Assembly: GCA_903832875.1 (NCBI GenBank)
Contig: CAILDA010000008.1
Location: forward strand, 4,012 to 68,011
From: an uncultured Micrococcales bacterium
GTDB taxonomy: Bacteria; Actinomycetota; Actinomycetes; Actinomycetales; Microbacteriaceae
Reading direction: 5' to 3'
DNA: 64,000 bases
Under the pieces are notes generated by a model. The model was not told the origin of the DNA. It did not search any database and saw nothing but the letters and a program-made list of their open reading frames with translations. A program made the position numbers and the translations under genes. Positions 54,301 to 63,950 of the stretch are shown one piece after another. Each line of letters starts with the position of its first letter. Within the stretch, counting starts at the first letter, position 1.

Positions 54301-55626
54301 ATGACGATTGAACAAAAACGTAACCTTGTCACTTCGATTCCTGGGCCAAAATCTCAGGCCCTCCATCAAAACCGACTAGAACATGTCGGACATGGAGTTG
54401 GAACCACTCTTCCGGTATACATTGACTCAGCCCATGGCGCGATCCTGGTTGATGTTGATGGCAACTCCTTCATCGATCTCGGCTCTGGTATCGGTGTTAC
54501 TACTATTGGACACACCAACGAAGGTGTTGTCAAAGCAGTTTCTGAGCAGGTAGCAAAGCTTACCCACACACTGTTCACCGTTACCCCTTATGTTCCGTAC
54601 GTTGAAGTATGTGAAATTCTGAACGCTCACATGCCTGGTAATTTCAAAAAGCGATCTGCGTTATTTAACTCCGGCGCAGAAGCTGTTGAAAATGCCATCA
54701 AGCTAGCTCGTAAATTTACCGGTCGTAATGAAATTGCAGTTTTTGATCACGCTTACCATGGCCGTACCAACCTAACTATGGCTATGAACTTCAAGAACAT
54801 GCCTTATGCAGATGGCTTTGGTCCATTCGCAGGATCGGTCACTCACGTTCCAATGTCTTATCCTTTCCATGACCCAGAGGGCATGACCGGAGAAGAAGCA
54901 GCTCAGCGTGCAATCAATTACATGGAAAAGCGCATTGGTGCTAAGAACCTAGCTGCCGTTGTTATCGAACCAATTCAAGGTGAAGGTGGCTTTATTGTTC
55001 CTGCGCCTGGTTTCCTAAAGGCCCTAAGTGTTTGGACTCATGCCAATGGCATCGTTCTTGTTGCTGATGAAGTTCAAGCTGGTATGGCAAGAACTGGTAA
55101 GTGGTTTGCAACCGAACACGAAGAAGGTTTTGAACCAGACCTAATGACCATTGCTAAAGGTATCGCAGGTGGTATGCCTATTTCAGCTGTTACCGGTCGC
55201 GCAGAGATCATGGATTCATCGCATGCAGGTGGAATTGGTGGAACCTTCGGTGGCAACCCCGTTGCGGCCGCAGCAGCGGTTGCAGTGCTAAGGCAAATCG
55301 AAGCTGGTGGCGTTCTTGAAGCCGCAGTTCATATCGAGAGTGTTATGAAGCCAAGACTTATGGACATGAAATCCAAGTACGCAGTTATAGGTGAGATCCG
55401 TGGTCGTGGCGCAATGCTTGCAATCGAATTTGTCTTGCCAGGCACTAGAACTCCTAACTCTGCTGCAGTTGATGCAGTTGTCAAGCACTGCCACCAAAAT
55501 GGTGTGTTAGTTCTAAACGCTGGAACCTATGGAAACGTAATTAGATTCCTACCATCTCTAGCGATCAGTGATGAGCTCATCCAAGAGGCATTAGACATCG
55601 TTGAACAAGCTGTAGCTGCGCTCTAA
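54301..55626 (+). CDS. gabT: 4-aminobutyrate aminotransferase (class III PLP)
   Basis: NSGAEAVENA, YHGRT, EPIQGEGGF, DEVQAG, AKG and GGTFGGNP motifs. Confidence 0.88.
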   Translation: MTIEQKRNLVTSIPGPKSQALHQNRLEHVGHGVGTTLPVYIDSAHGAILVDVDGNSFIDLGSGIGVTTIGHTNEGVVKAVSEQVAKLTHTLFTVTPYVPYVEVCEILNAHMPGNFKKRSALFNSGAEAVENAIKLARKFTGRNEIAVFDHAYHGRTNLTMAMNFKNMPYADGFGPFAGSVTHVPMSYPFHDPEGMTGEEAAQRAINYMEKRIGAKNLAAVVIEPIQGEGGFIVPAPGFLKALSVWTHANGIVLVADEVQAGMARTGKWFATEHEEGFEPDLMTIAKGIAGGMPISAVTGRAEIMDSSHAGGIGGTFGGNPVAAAAAVAVLRQIEAGGVLEAAVHIESVMKPRLMDMKSKYAVIGEIRGRGAMLAIEFVLPGTRTPNSAAVDAVVKHCHQNGVLVLNAGTYGNVIRFLPSLAISDELIQEALDIVEQAVAAL

Positions 55627-55649
55627 AAACAAAATCAAGAAAGATTCAA

Positions 55650-57008
55650 ATGCACTCCTATGCAAACAGAGAGAAATTAGCAGAACTATTTGCAAAGGAA
55701 GTTGAACTATTCGAATCTAACCACCATAAATCCAAGGCACTCCATGCTCAAGCAATGGGTCCACTTATGGGTGGAGTCCCAATGTCTTGGATGGCTAAAT
55801 GGCCTGGCCCTCACCCTGTCTATGTTCAGAGTGCCAAAGGTCCAAGGTTTACTGACGTTGATGGCATTGAATACGTTGACTTCTGTCTAGGTGATACCGG
55901 TGCAATGGTCGGGCACTCCCCTGACGCTGCTATCAAAGCTATTACTGAACAACTCGGTAAAGGTATTACCTTTATGTTGCCAACTAAAGATGCAGCAATA
56001 GTTGGTCAAACTCTAGCCGACCGCTTTGGCTTACCTAAGTGGCAATTCACCCTTACCGCCACTGATGCCAACAGACACATTTTGCGCTACGCAAGACATG
56101 TCACCGGCAGATCAAAAATTGTTGTTCACGATTACTGCTACCACGGAACAGTTGATGAAACCTTCGCCGTCCTAGATGACAATGGCAACACAGTTAGTAG
56201 AGAAAACAATATTGGGCCTCAGGTAGATCCTGCTCAGACCACAATTGTTGTTCCATTCAATGACCTTGGAGCAGCAGAGAAAGCTTTTGCGACCGGTGAG
56301 GTGGCGGCATTACTGATTGAACCAGCTATGACAAACATTGGTATCGTGCTTCCAGAGCCCGGCTATCTTGAGGGGCTTCGGGAGCTCTGCACACGTTACG
56401 ACGTGATCTTGATTATTGATGAAACACACACTCTGAGCGAAGGCCCAGGTGGCATGACTGCCAGAAGACACCTTCATCCAGATGCGGTTGTGATGGGTAA
56501 GACCATTGGTGCAGGTATCCCTGCAGGTGCCTTTGGTATGACCGCAGAGCTAACAAAGAGAGTTCAAGATTCACTTCACCTGGAACACATTGACGTGGGT
56601 GGTGTTGGTGGAACCCTTGCAGGTAATGCTTTGTCAATGGCTGCAATTAGAGCAACCCTGACTGAAGTGCTAACCCCAGAAGCTTTTGTTTCAATGGAAG
56701 CGCTTTGTGATGTTTGGACTCAAGATGTGCAAAGACTGATTGACAAATACCAGGCTCCTTGGCAGGTTAGCCAACTCGGTTGCCGAGCTGAATATTCCTT
56801 TAGAGCAACGGCACCTAAGAACGGTAGAGAGGCTGCTGATGCTGATGACTTTGAGTTACAACAGTATCTTCACCTGCATGCACTAAACCGTGGAATTCTG
56901 ATGACACCGTTTCACAATATGGCTTTGATGTCCCCTGCACATACCAAAGAAGATGTTGCTAGACATACTGCACACTTCGAGGAAGCTTTGCAGTCGCTTT
57001 TCGCTTAG
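55650..57008 (+). CDS. Class III aminotransferase, HemL/GSAM-like subfamily
   Basis: DVDGIEYVDFCLG, YHG, IDETHT, MGKTIG and GGTLAGN motifs. Confidence 0.85.
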   Translation: MHSYANREKLAELFAKEVELFESNHHKSKALHAQAMGPLMGGVPMSWMAKWPGPHPVYVQSAKGPRFTDVDGIEYVDFCLGDTGAMVGHSPDAAIKAITEQLGKGITFMLPTKDAAIVGQTLADRFGLPKWQFTLTATDANRHILRYARHVTGRSKIVVHDYCYHGTVDETFAVLDDNGNTVSRENNIGPQVDPAQTTIVVPFNDLGAAEKAFATGEVAALLIEPAMTNIGIVLPEPGYLEGLRELCTRYDVILIIDETHTLSEGPGGMTARRHLHPDAVVMGKTIGAGIPAGAFGMTAELTKRVQDSLHLEHIDVGGVGGTLAGNALSMAAIRATLTEVLTPEAFVSMEALCDVWTQDVQRLIDKYQAPWQVSQLGCRAEYSFRATAPKNGREAADADDFELQQYLHLHALNRGILMTPFHNMALMSPAHTKEDVARHTAHFEEALQSLFA

Positions 57009-57805
57009 TGAACTTTAGCTAACTTACGGCGCTTTACTTCACCGTTGATCTGAGTTGCTAGCACTATAAGAATTGCTAGTGCAAAAACAGCACAGCCAAT
57101 TACGTTTGCTTCAGCTGGAACTCCTCGAGCAGCTGCAGTGTAGACATAGCGCGGGAAGGTCATGTCTGACCCCGCATTGAAATTGGTAATGATGAAATCA
57201 TCGAAGCTCAACGCGAAAGATAACAGTGCAGCAGATGCGATACCAGGAAGTAGCAGTGGGAAGGTAATCTTCCAGAACACCTGTGTCGGGTTAGCGTATA
57301 GATCTCTGCCCGCTTCTTCCAAGGCAGGATCAAGGCTGGCAACACGTGCCTTAACGGTGACAACAACGAAGGAAAGACAGAACATAATGTGGGCAATGAT
57401 GATTGTCCAGATGCCCTTCTGAACTCCTAGGTTGAAAAACTGTGATGCAAGGCCAGCGCCAAGAACAACTTCAGGGGTTGCCATAGGTAAGAACAAGAGC
57501 AAATTGACTGAGCTTCTGAATTTGAAGCGGTAGCGAACTAGAGCAATAGCAATCATGGTGCCAAGTCCGGTTGCAAAAATAGTGGAGATTATTCCAATAA
57601 AAACAGAATTACCAAAAGCTTCACAAACGCCTTCGCGCTGGCAAACATTGGTCCATTTATCAAAAGTAAAGCCTCGCCAAATCAAGTTAGTTTTTAGTGA
57701 ATTGTTGAAAGAGAACACGAAAGTGTAAACAATCGGAATCAACAAATAGATGAACGCAAGAACCGCATAGAGCGGCAGGGTCAACTTACCTAAGCTAAAA
57801 CGCAT
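57005..57805 (-). CDS. potC: Polyamine ABC transporter permease
   Basis: LEEAGRDLYA and FALSFDDF motifs. Confidence 0.88.
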   Translation of the reverse strand: MRFSLGKLTLPLYAVLAFIYLLIPIVYTFVFSFNNSLKTNLIWRGFTFDKWTNVCQREGVCEAFGNSVFIGIISTIFATGLGTMIAIALVRYRFKFRSSVNLLLFLPMATPEVVLGAGLASQFFNLGVQKGIWTIIIAHIMFCLSFVVVTVKARVASLDPALEEAGRDLYANPTQVFWKITFPLLLPGIASAALLSFALSFDDFIITNFNAGSDMTFPRYVYTAAARGVPAEANVIGCAVFALAILIVLATQINGEVKRRKLAKVH

Positions 57806-58719
57806 TAGAGCAGATCCTCCGTTCCAGACTTCTTCACATAAACGCTAACTAGTACCAGAATCACACCCATCAACAGAACTGACAGTGCTGATGCTGATGG
57901 GTAGTCGTTGATCTGCAGATAGTTAGATTCGATTACGTTACCGATCATCGAAGTTGATGAGGAACCTAAGAAATCTCCCGAAGCGTTAATGTAATCACCT
58001 GCTATTGGAATAAAGGTAAGTAGCGTTCCAGAAATGATTCCAGGCATTGATAAAGGCAAGGTGACTTTTCTGAACACCTTGGATGGCGATGCATAAAGAT
58101 CCGAGCCAGCTTCTAAATACCTAAGGTCAAGGCGTTCCAACGATGTGTATAGCGGCAAGGTCATAAATGGAATGAAGTTGTAAGTCAGACCAAAGATAAC
58201 CATGAACGGTGTTCCAACAACATACTGAGTTGGAGCTAATAGCCCGATGTCATGAAGAGATGAGACTATCCAAGATTCATTGGAGAAGATTTGCTTCCAA
58301 GCCAAAGTCCTGAGCAAGAACGAAATAAAGAAAGGAGCAATAACCAAAGTAAGCATTAGCTTTTGCAATAAAGGCCAAGGTCTAGCTTTTACACCGATGA
58401 AATATGCAAGTGGATAGGAAATCACTAGAGCTAGAACTGTTGCCGCGAGTGCATATCCAAAGGATCTAAGAATGTGTGGCAAATACTCGCTTATTACATA
58501 GAAGTAGTTGCCTATCTCAAAAGCTGGAACGTATTCGGCATAACCGCCATTTGGATCGGGGACCTCTAAAGAAACCATAATCAAAGCGAATAAAGGTGTT
58601 AGAAAGAACGCCCCAAGGTAAGCAAGTCCAGGTGCCAGAAGCGCAATGACAACCTTGCCGCTTCTAGTTGGTTTTCCTGCTGCTGGTGCGTTAGCTGAAC
58701 CAAATGCCGCGAAAGCCAT
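57805..58719 (-). CDS. potB: Polyamine ABC transporter permease
   Basis: PFFISFLLRTLAW, PFMTLPLY and EAGSDLYA motifs. Confidence 0.88.
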   Translation of the reverse strand: MAFAAFGSANAPAAGKPTRSGKVVIALLAPGLAYLGAFFLTPLFALIMVSLEVPDPNGGYAEYVPAFEIGNYFYVISEYLPHILRSFGYALAATVLALVISYPLAYFIGVKARPWPLLQKLMLTLVIAPFFISFLLRTLAWKQIFSNESWIVSSLHDIGLLAPTQYVVGTPFMVIFGLTYNFIPFMTLPLYTSLERLDLRYLEAGSDLYASPSKVFRKVTLPLSMPGIISGTLLTFIPIAGDYINASGDFLGSSSTSMIGNVIESNYLQINDYPSASALSVLLMGVILVLVSVYVKKSGTEDLL

Positions 58720-58724
58720 CTGGA

Positions 58725-59849
58725 TTAAGCCTTTACGTTTTTTGCCGGCAGGTCTGAAAGACCGAAACTATTTTCAACATCCCAAGAAATCCAAACCTTT
58801 GCACCTACTTCTATCGGCGCAAAATGAGTCATGTTTTGAGCAAACACTGTGATGTTCCCCAGCTGAGGAACTTCAATCAGATACTGGTTGCTAACGCCGG
58901 TGAAGCGAATATCTAAAACTTCACCAGGGCCAATAACATTTTTAGCTGATGTTGCCGTTGGTTTCTTTGAGCTGAAAGTGGCTTTCTCTGGTCGGAATCC
59001 GATAGCAATCTTGCCCTTGTGCTTTTCTGCTCTGTTTTTTGGAACAGAAATCTTGTTGCCGGCAACATCGATGCTGATTGAGTTAGCTGAGGTTGATGTA
59101 ACATCGCCAACCAAAAGATTTGATTGACCTAAGAACTTAGATACGAAAACAGTCTTAGGGCGATCGTAAAGAGTTTCTGGTGCACCCATCTGCTCAATGC
59201 GTCCAAGGTTCATAACCGCAACAGTGTCAGCCATGTCCATGGCTTCTTCCTGGTCATGGGTTACGTGCAAGAAGGTAAGTCCAACTTCCATCTGAATAGC
59301 TTTTAGCTCGGTCTGCATTTCACGACGCAGCTTAAGATCTAAAGCACCCAATGGTTCATCGAGAAGAAGTAGCGATGGTCGGTTCACCAAAGCTCTTGCC
59401 AATGCAACACGTTGCTGCTGTCCACCAGATAGTTGTTGTGGCTTTCTATCAGCAAGGTGGGATAACTGAACTAGGTTCAAGGCATCTTTAGCTTTAGCCA
59501 GTGGGTCTGCGACCTTGCGCTGACGAAGACCAAAGGCAACGTTTTCTAAAACAGTCATGTGTGGGAATAAGGCATACGACTGGAACACGGTGTTGACTGG
59601 ACGCTCGTGAGGCTTAGTGGCGGTGATGTCTTTACCACCAATAAAAATCTTGCCCTTAGTAGGAGACTCCAGCCCTGCTACCAAACGCAGAGTTGTTGTC
59701 TTACCGCAACCGGAAGGACCAAGCAAAGCGAAAAACTCTCCTGCTGGAACATGCAAATCCAAGTTATCTATTGCTGTAAAACCAGGAAACTCTTTACGTA
59801 TTTGCTTTAGCTCTAAGTCAGCGCCACGGGCAACAAACTCTTTTGCCAC
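58725..59849 (-). CDS. potA: Polyamine ABC transporter ATPase
   Basis: [29 protein letters not shown] and DEPLGALDLKLR motifs; TOBE-like C-terminus. Confidence 0.92.
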   Translation of the reverse strand: MAKEFVARGADLELKQIRKEFPGFTAIDNLDLHVPAGEFFALLGPSGCGKTTTLRLVAGLESPTKGKIFIGGKDITATKPHERPVNTVFQSYALFPHMTVLENVAFGLRQRKVADPLAKAKDALNLVQLSHLADRKPQQLSGGQQQRVALARALVNRPSLLLLDEPLGALDLKLRREMQTELKAIQMEVGLTFLHVTHDQEEAMDMADTVAVMNLGRIEQMGAPETLYDRPKTVFVSKFLGQSNLLVGDVTSTSANSISIDVAGNKISVPKNRAEKHKGKIAIGFRPEKATFSSKKPTATSAKNVIGPGEVLDIRFTGVSNQYLIEVPQLGNITVFAQNMTHFAPIEVGAKVWISWDVENSFGLSDLPAKNVKA

Positions 59850-61081
59850 TACGCGCCAAGCTTGATCTGCTGGAACGCCTTGGTGAAGCTCTGCTCTTCC
59901 TTGCTATCAAGAGCTCTGAAACCCTGAGTCTTTGACAAGAAAGCTTCTGAAGGGAAAATCAATTCGTTGTCAGCCAAAGCTGGGTCCAACTTCATTGCCT
60001 CTTCCTTAGCTCCAACAACAGGTGTGATGTAGTTCACGTAAGCAGCTAGAACCGCAGCGTTGTATGGGTCGTAGTAGAAGTTCATAAGCTTCTCAGCGTT
60101 CTTCTTGTGAGTTGCACCCATAGGAATAACAAAACAGTCAGCAGAAATAGTTCCGCCTGATTCAGGAAGAATGAAACCAAAGCGGTCATAACCGGCTTCA
60201 GCGTTTAGCTGAATGATGTCTCCCGACCAAGCAATGGCAATAATGGTGTCACCATTTACCAAGTCGTCCTTGTAGCTGTTGCCCTTGATGCGAGCAATCT
60301 GTCCATCAGAAACCTTTGCACCAACAACATCGATTGCATTCATGAATGCATCTGCGGTAAGGCTGTCTGCATCACCAATAGCAATACCCTGATCCATAAG
60401 TACTAGACCAACTGTGTCGCGCATTTCACTTAGAACACCAACGCGTCCCTTAAGTGCTGGGTTCCAAAGATCAGCAAGCACTGCAGGTGCAGATTTACCG
60501 GTAGCAGCTTTGTATGCTGCCTTGTCATAAGCCAAACCAGCCAAGATACCTTGGTAAGGCAATGACATGGTTCGCTGAGGGTCGTAAGCCTCACCTAGAT
60601 AAGCCGGTTGAACATTTTTCTTATTTGGTAGTTCAGCATCATCAAATCTCTGAACGTAACCCTGGTTAATCCAACGAGCTGCCATCCAAGAAGTTGGGCA
60701 AGTGAGATCTGCACCAATGTCTTGACCAAGTGCGAGCTGGTCCTTAACTTTTCCATAGTAGGAATCGTTGTCATCGTAATCTTCACGATAAGTAACGGTG
60801 ACTCCAGTTTCGCTCTGGAACTTTTCAAGAGTTGGGTAGTTACCCTTGTCATCGACATCGATGTATAGCGACCAGTTACTCCAAATAACACTTGGGTCTG
60901 AATCACTAACATCTTTAGCTGGGGTGAGTTCTGTTTTTCCGCCTGGCGCACAAGCTGCAAGCAAAGCTGCAGCTCCGGTAGCCATTGCTCCACCGAGTAC
61001 TGCTCGGCGAGTAACTTTATGGGCTAAAGCGGCTTTAACCATTTCACGTAGTTGTGGATCTTCTGCAAGGTTTTTGTTCAT
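59849..61081 (-). CDS. potD: Polyamine ABC transporter substrate-binding protein (Tat-type lipoprotein)
   Basis: TRRAVL twin-arginine signal and LLAAC lipobox; NWSLYID and AWSGD motifs. Start ATG 61081 follows AGGAG. Confidence 0.87.
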   Translation of the reverse strand: MNKNLAEDPQLREMVKAALAHKVTRRAVLGGAMATGAAALLAACAPGGKTELTPAKDVSDSDPSVIWSNWSLYIDVDDKGNYPTLEKFQSETGVTVTYREDYDDNDSYYGKVKDQLALGQDIGADLTCPTSWMAARWINQGYVQRFDDAELPNKKNVQPAYLGEAYDPQRTMSLPYQGILAGLAYDKAAYKAATGKSAPAVLADLWNPALKGRVGVLSEMRDTVGLVLMDQGIAIGDADSLTADAFMNAIDVVGAKVSDGQIARIKGNSYKDDLVNGDTIIAIAWSGDIIQLNAEAGYDRFGFILPESGGTISADCFVIPMGATHKKNAEKLMNFYYDPYNAAVLAAYVNYITPVVGAKEEAMKLDPALADNELIFPSEAFLSKTQGFRALDSKEEQSFTKAFQQIKLGA

Positions 61082-61315
61082 AACCACTAGCTCCTAAAGG
61101 GAAGGGCCGTCAGACGGCCAGTCAACACACCGACTGCGCGAGAGAACGCATTGTTAAAAATAATGCCACACCTTAGGGCTGGGAACGGGCAAAAACCCCA
61201 TATCCCCAAAAACTGGTTTTTGACCCAATCGACACCTGACAAACCAAATCCCTAGGTAACCTTGCGGTATTCTCTTAGATGGTTGTGGCAATGGTGCCTG
61301 ACCCAGAGGAGAATC

Positions 61316-62431
61316 ATGAAGATCGCTGTACCTGCAGAGATCAAAAACAACGAATTCCGCGTGGCTATTACCCCAGCGGGAGTGCATGAACTAACAGTTT
61401 CAGGGCACGAAGTCTTTATTCAAAGCAAAGCCGGCCTAGGCTCAAGCATTTCAGACGAGGATTACAAGGCTGCTGGAGCTACCATCTTGCAAGATGCAGC
61501 TAGCACCTGGGCCGCAGGAGAAATGGTGCTCAAGGTCAAAGAGCCTATTGAGAGCGAATACCAATACCTAAGACCAGGACTGGTGCTATTCACCTTCCTG
61601 CACCTTGCTGCAGATTTAGAACTCACCAAAGAGCTAATCGCCAAGCAGGTCACCTCCATTGCTTATGAAACAGTGCAAACCCCAACCCGTCAACTTCCAC
61701 TTCTAGCTCCGATGAGCGAAGTCGCTGGTCGCCTATCAGCACTGGTAGGCGCTCAAACTCTGTTCGCTCAAAATGGTGGCCACGGCATCTTGCTAGGTGG
61801 AGTTCCAGGAACTAGAGCTGCCAAGGTAGTAGTTCTTGGTGGTGGAGTTGCTGGAACTAATGCCATCGCAATGGCAGTTGGACTTGGCGCAGAAGTTACA
61901 GTGCTAGATACCAACATCAACAGACTTAGAGAACTTGATGCTTTGTATCACGGCAGACTAAGAACTCTTGCTAGCAATTCGTTTGAAATTAATAGAGCAG
62001 TAACTGAAGCAGATCTCGTTATCGGTTCAGTGCTAATTCCAGGAGCAAAAGCTCCGAAGCTAGTTACCAATGCACTGGTGAAGAAAATGAAACCTGGATC
62101 AGTGCTCGTTGATATTGCTATTGACCAAGGTGGTTGTTTTGAAGATTCAAAGCCAACAACTCATGCTGACCCAACCTTCAAAGTTCACAACTCAATCTTC
62201 TACTGTGTTGCTAACATGCCAGGTGCTGTTGCTCACACTTCAACCTATGCTCTTACCAACGCGACCTTGAGTTATGCAAAGGCAATAGCAAACAAGGGTT
62301 GGCAGAGTGCTTGCAGCACTGATACAGCACTTGCACTTGGACTAAACACCCATGCTGGAAAGTTAGTTAGCGAACCCGTTGCTCAAGCACATGGTCTTGA
62401 CTATTCTCCAGTTGAGTCTGTTCTGGCATAA
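61316..62431 (+). CDS. ald: Alanine dehydrogenase
   Basis: [33 protein letters not shown] and VANMPGAV motifs. Start ATG 61316 follows AGGAG. Confidence 0.97.
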   Translation: MKIAVPAEIKNNEFRVAITPAGVHELTVSGHEVFIQSKAGLGSSISDEDYKAAGATILQDAASTWAAGEMVLKVKEPIESEYQYLRPGLVLFTFLHLAADLELTKELIAKQVTSIAYETVQTPTRQLPLLAPMSEVAGRLSALVGAQTLFAQNGGHGILLGGVPGTRAAKVVVLGGGVAGTNAIAMAVGLGAEVTVLDTNINRLRELDALYHGRLRTLASNSFEINRAVTEADLVIGSVLIPGAKAPKLVTNALVKKMKPGSVLVDIAIDQGGCFEDSKPTTHADPTFKVHNSIFYCVANMPGAVAHTSTYALTNATLSYAKAIANKGWQSACSTDTALALGLNTHAGKLVSEPVAQAHGLDYSPVESVLA

Positions 62432-63950
62432 CAAGCTGCAAACAAAGATTCCTATACCAACCTCGACCTGGTGGCAGTTTTTCATTCCATTGGCTTTTAG
62501 GTAACCCCGCAGCTAGATGTTGATCTAAGTTTCCTTGCCGTAAATAGATAATGTGTTCAAACCTTCTTTGAATTGTCAAAGGCAACAAGAAATTACTTGA
62601 GAGCACGCAAACAACTTGTTTACCAGTTTGAAAAGCTTCCTCTACTTCCACTAGTGTCGGGCAATCCAAAACATGTGCATTAGCTACTGAACTAACTGCA
62701 TTCCTTGCAAACCACGTTTTACCAGAACCCTGTGCACCAACAACAAGCAGATGTGAGTTTGCAAAACCTTGGAACATTAACTGATCAACTCGATGCTCAC
62801 TTGGAATATCTAGGAAACCAACCACACCAGAGACAAAAGCAATACTTAGCCCTAAACCCGTTGTCCACGAATCACTCAACTCACTCCAATATTTATTCAC
62901 CCCAGCAGCTGGGACACTCTCTGTCATCGGAAAATCAAAAGAGACGGTATTTGAACCCCAGATGGCAAGAGCCCTTGAGGAATTAGCATTTCCTACTCGA
63001 AGAGATGGAACCATGGCGATTAGATCGCCTGGGTCTGTAGTCCCAATCGCAAATCGCATGGTGAGGTTTGTTATGAGTGAGCGTGGGATTCCTGCAAGAG
63101 ACTGACTGGTTGCAATCAAGTGCACACCTAAAGATCTGCCTCTTGCAGCTATCGACTCCAAGGTCGCCAAACTAAATTGATGAGCAGAGATGATGGCTGG
63201 TAATTCATCAGCGATTACTAGAAGCCTCGGTAATTCATCGAGTTGCTCTATTGAAGACACTCTGCGCTGAGCCAATAATCTTTCTCGTCTTTTGAGTTCC
63301 CCCGCAAGATAGAGCCAGAATCTCTCCATCCTGCCCTCATCTAAATCGGTCACCAAAGTCAGCGTTGCTGGATGCTCGGCGTAGGTTCTCAGTGCTGCTC
63401 CACCCTTGAAATCTATGAGCACTAACTGCAATGTCTTTGCAGCGGAACTGACCAGCATTGAACTGGTAATCAACTTTAGGAACTCACTTTTACCTGAACC
63501 GGTGGCACCCACTATTAGTGCATGCGGGCCATCTCGAGCGAGATCGAACTCAAGGTCAGCTGCTTCTGCAATGCCTGCCCAAAACGGCAAAAGACCGGCT
63601 TTGCTTGCTTTATAGAAACTAGAACGAAGTGCTAACCTCTTCTTTTCAACCTCACGGTCTTTAGCAAGCTTGCTGAAGTGTTCAAAGAAAATGTCACTGT
63701 ATTGTTCCTTGAAGAACAAACCTGTTTTAGGCAGGACCTTATCCCCTATCGCAACTGCACCAGGACTAATCCAAATAGGTTGATCGCTGAAATCCATGTC
63801 TGGTTCACGTTTATTTCTCTTGACCAGAGCCGTCGTTAGTGTTGCCGAGAGCAGGCCCACGAATGTAAACAACGCAAACTGCCACATACCCGTAACCAGT
63901 GCCATGACCACACCTAGCACTAGGCCTGGTAACAAGACAAACCATCGCAT
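62367..63950 (-). CDS. Membrane-anchored FtsK/SpoIIIE-domain ATPase, EccC/EssC-like, shortened
   Basis: Two N-terminal TMs; DGPHALIVGATGSGKSEFL, IDFKGG, IADE and RGRSLGVHLI; second P-loop GAQGSGKT; C-terminal PPGRG. Confidence 0.8.
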   Translation of the reverse strand: MRWFVLLPGLVLGVVMALVTGMWQFALFTFVGLLSATLTTALVKRNKREPDMDFSDQPIWISPGAVAIGDKVLPKTGLFFKEQYSDIFFEHFSKLAKDREVEKKRLALRSSFYKASKAGLLPFWAGIAEAADLEFDLARDGPHALIVGATGSGKSEFLKLITSSMLVSSAAKTLQLVLIDFKGGAALRTYAEHPATLTLVTDLDEGRMERFWLYLAGELKRRERLLAQRRVSSIEQLDELPRLLVIADELPAIISAHQFSLATLESIAARGRSLGVHLIATSQSLAGIPRSLITNLTMRFAIGTTDPGDLIAMVPSLRVGNANSSRALAIWGSNTVSFDFPMTESVPAAGVNKYWSELSDSWTTGLGLSIAFVSGVVGFLDIPSEHRVDQLMFQGFANSHLLVVGAQGSGKTWFARNAVSSVANAHVLDCPTLVEVEEAFQTGKQVVCVLSSNFLLPLTIQRRFEHIIYLRQGNLDQHLAAGLPKSQWNEKLPPGRGWYRNLCLQLVMPEQTQLENSQDHVLEQRVR

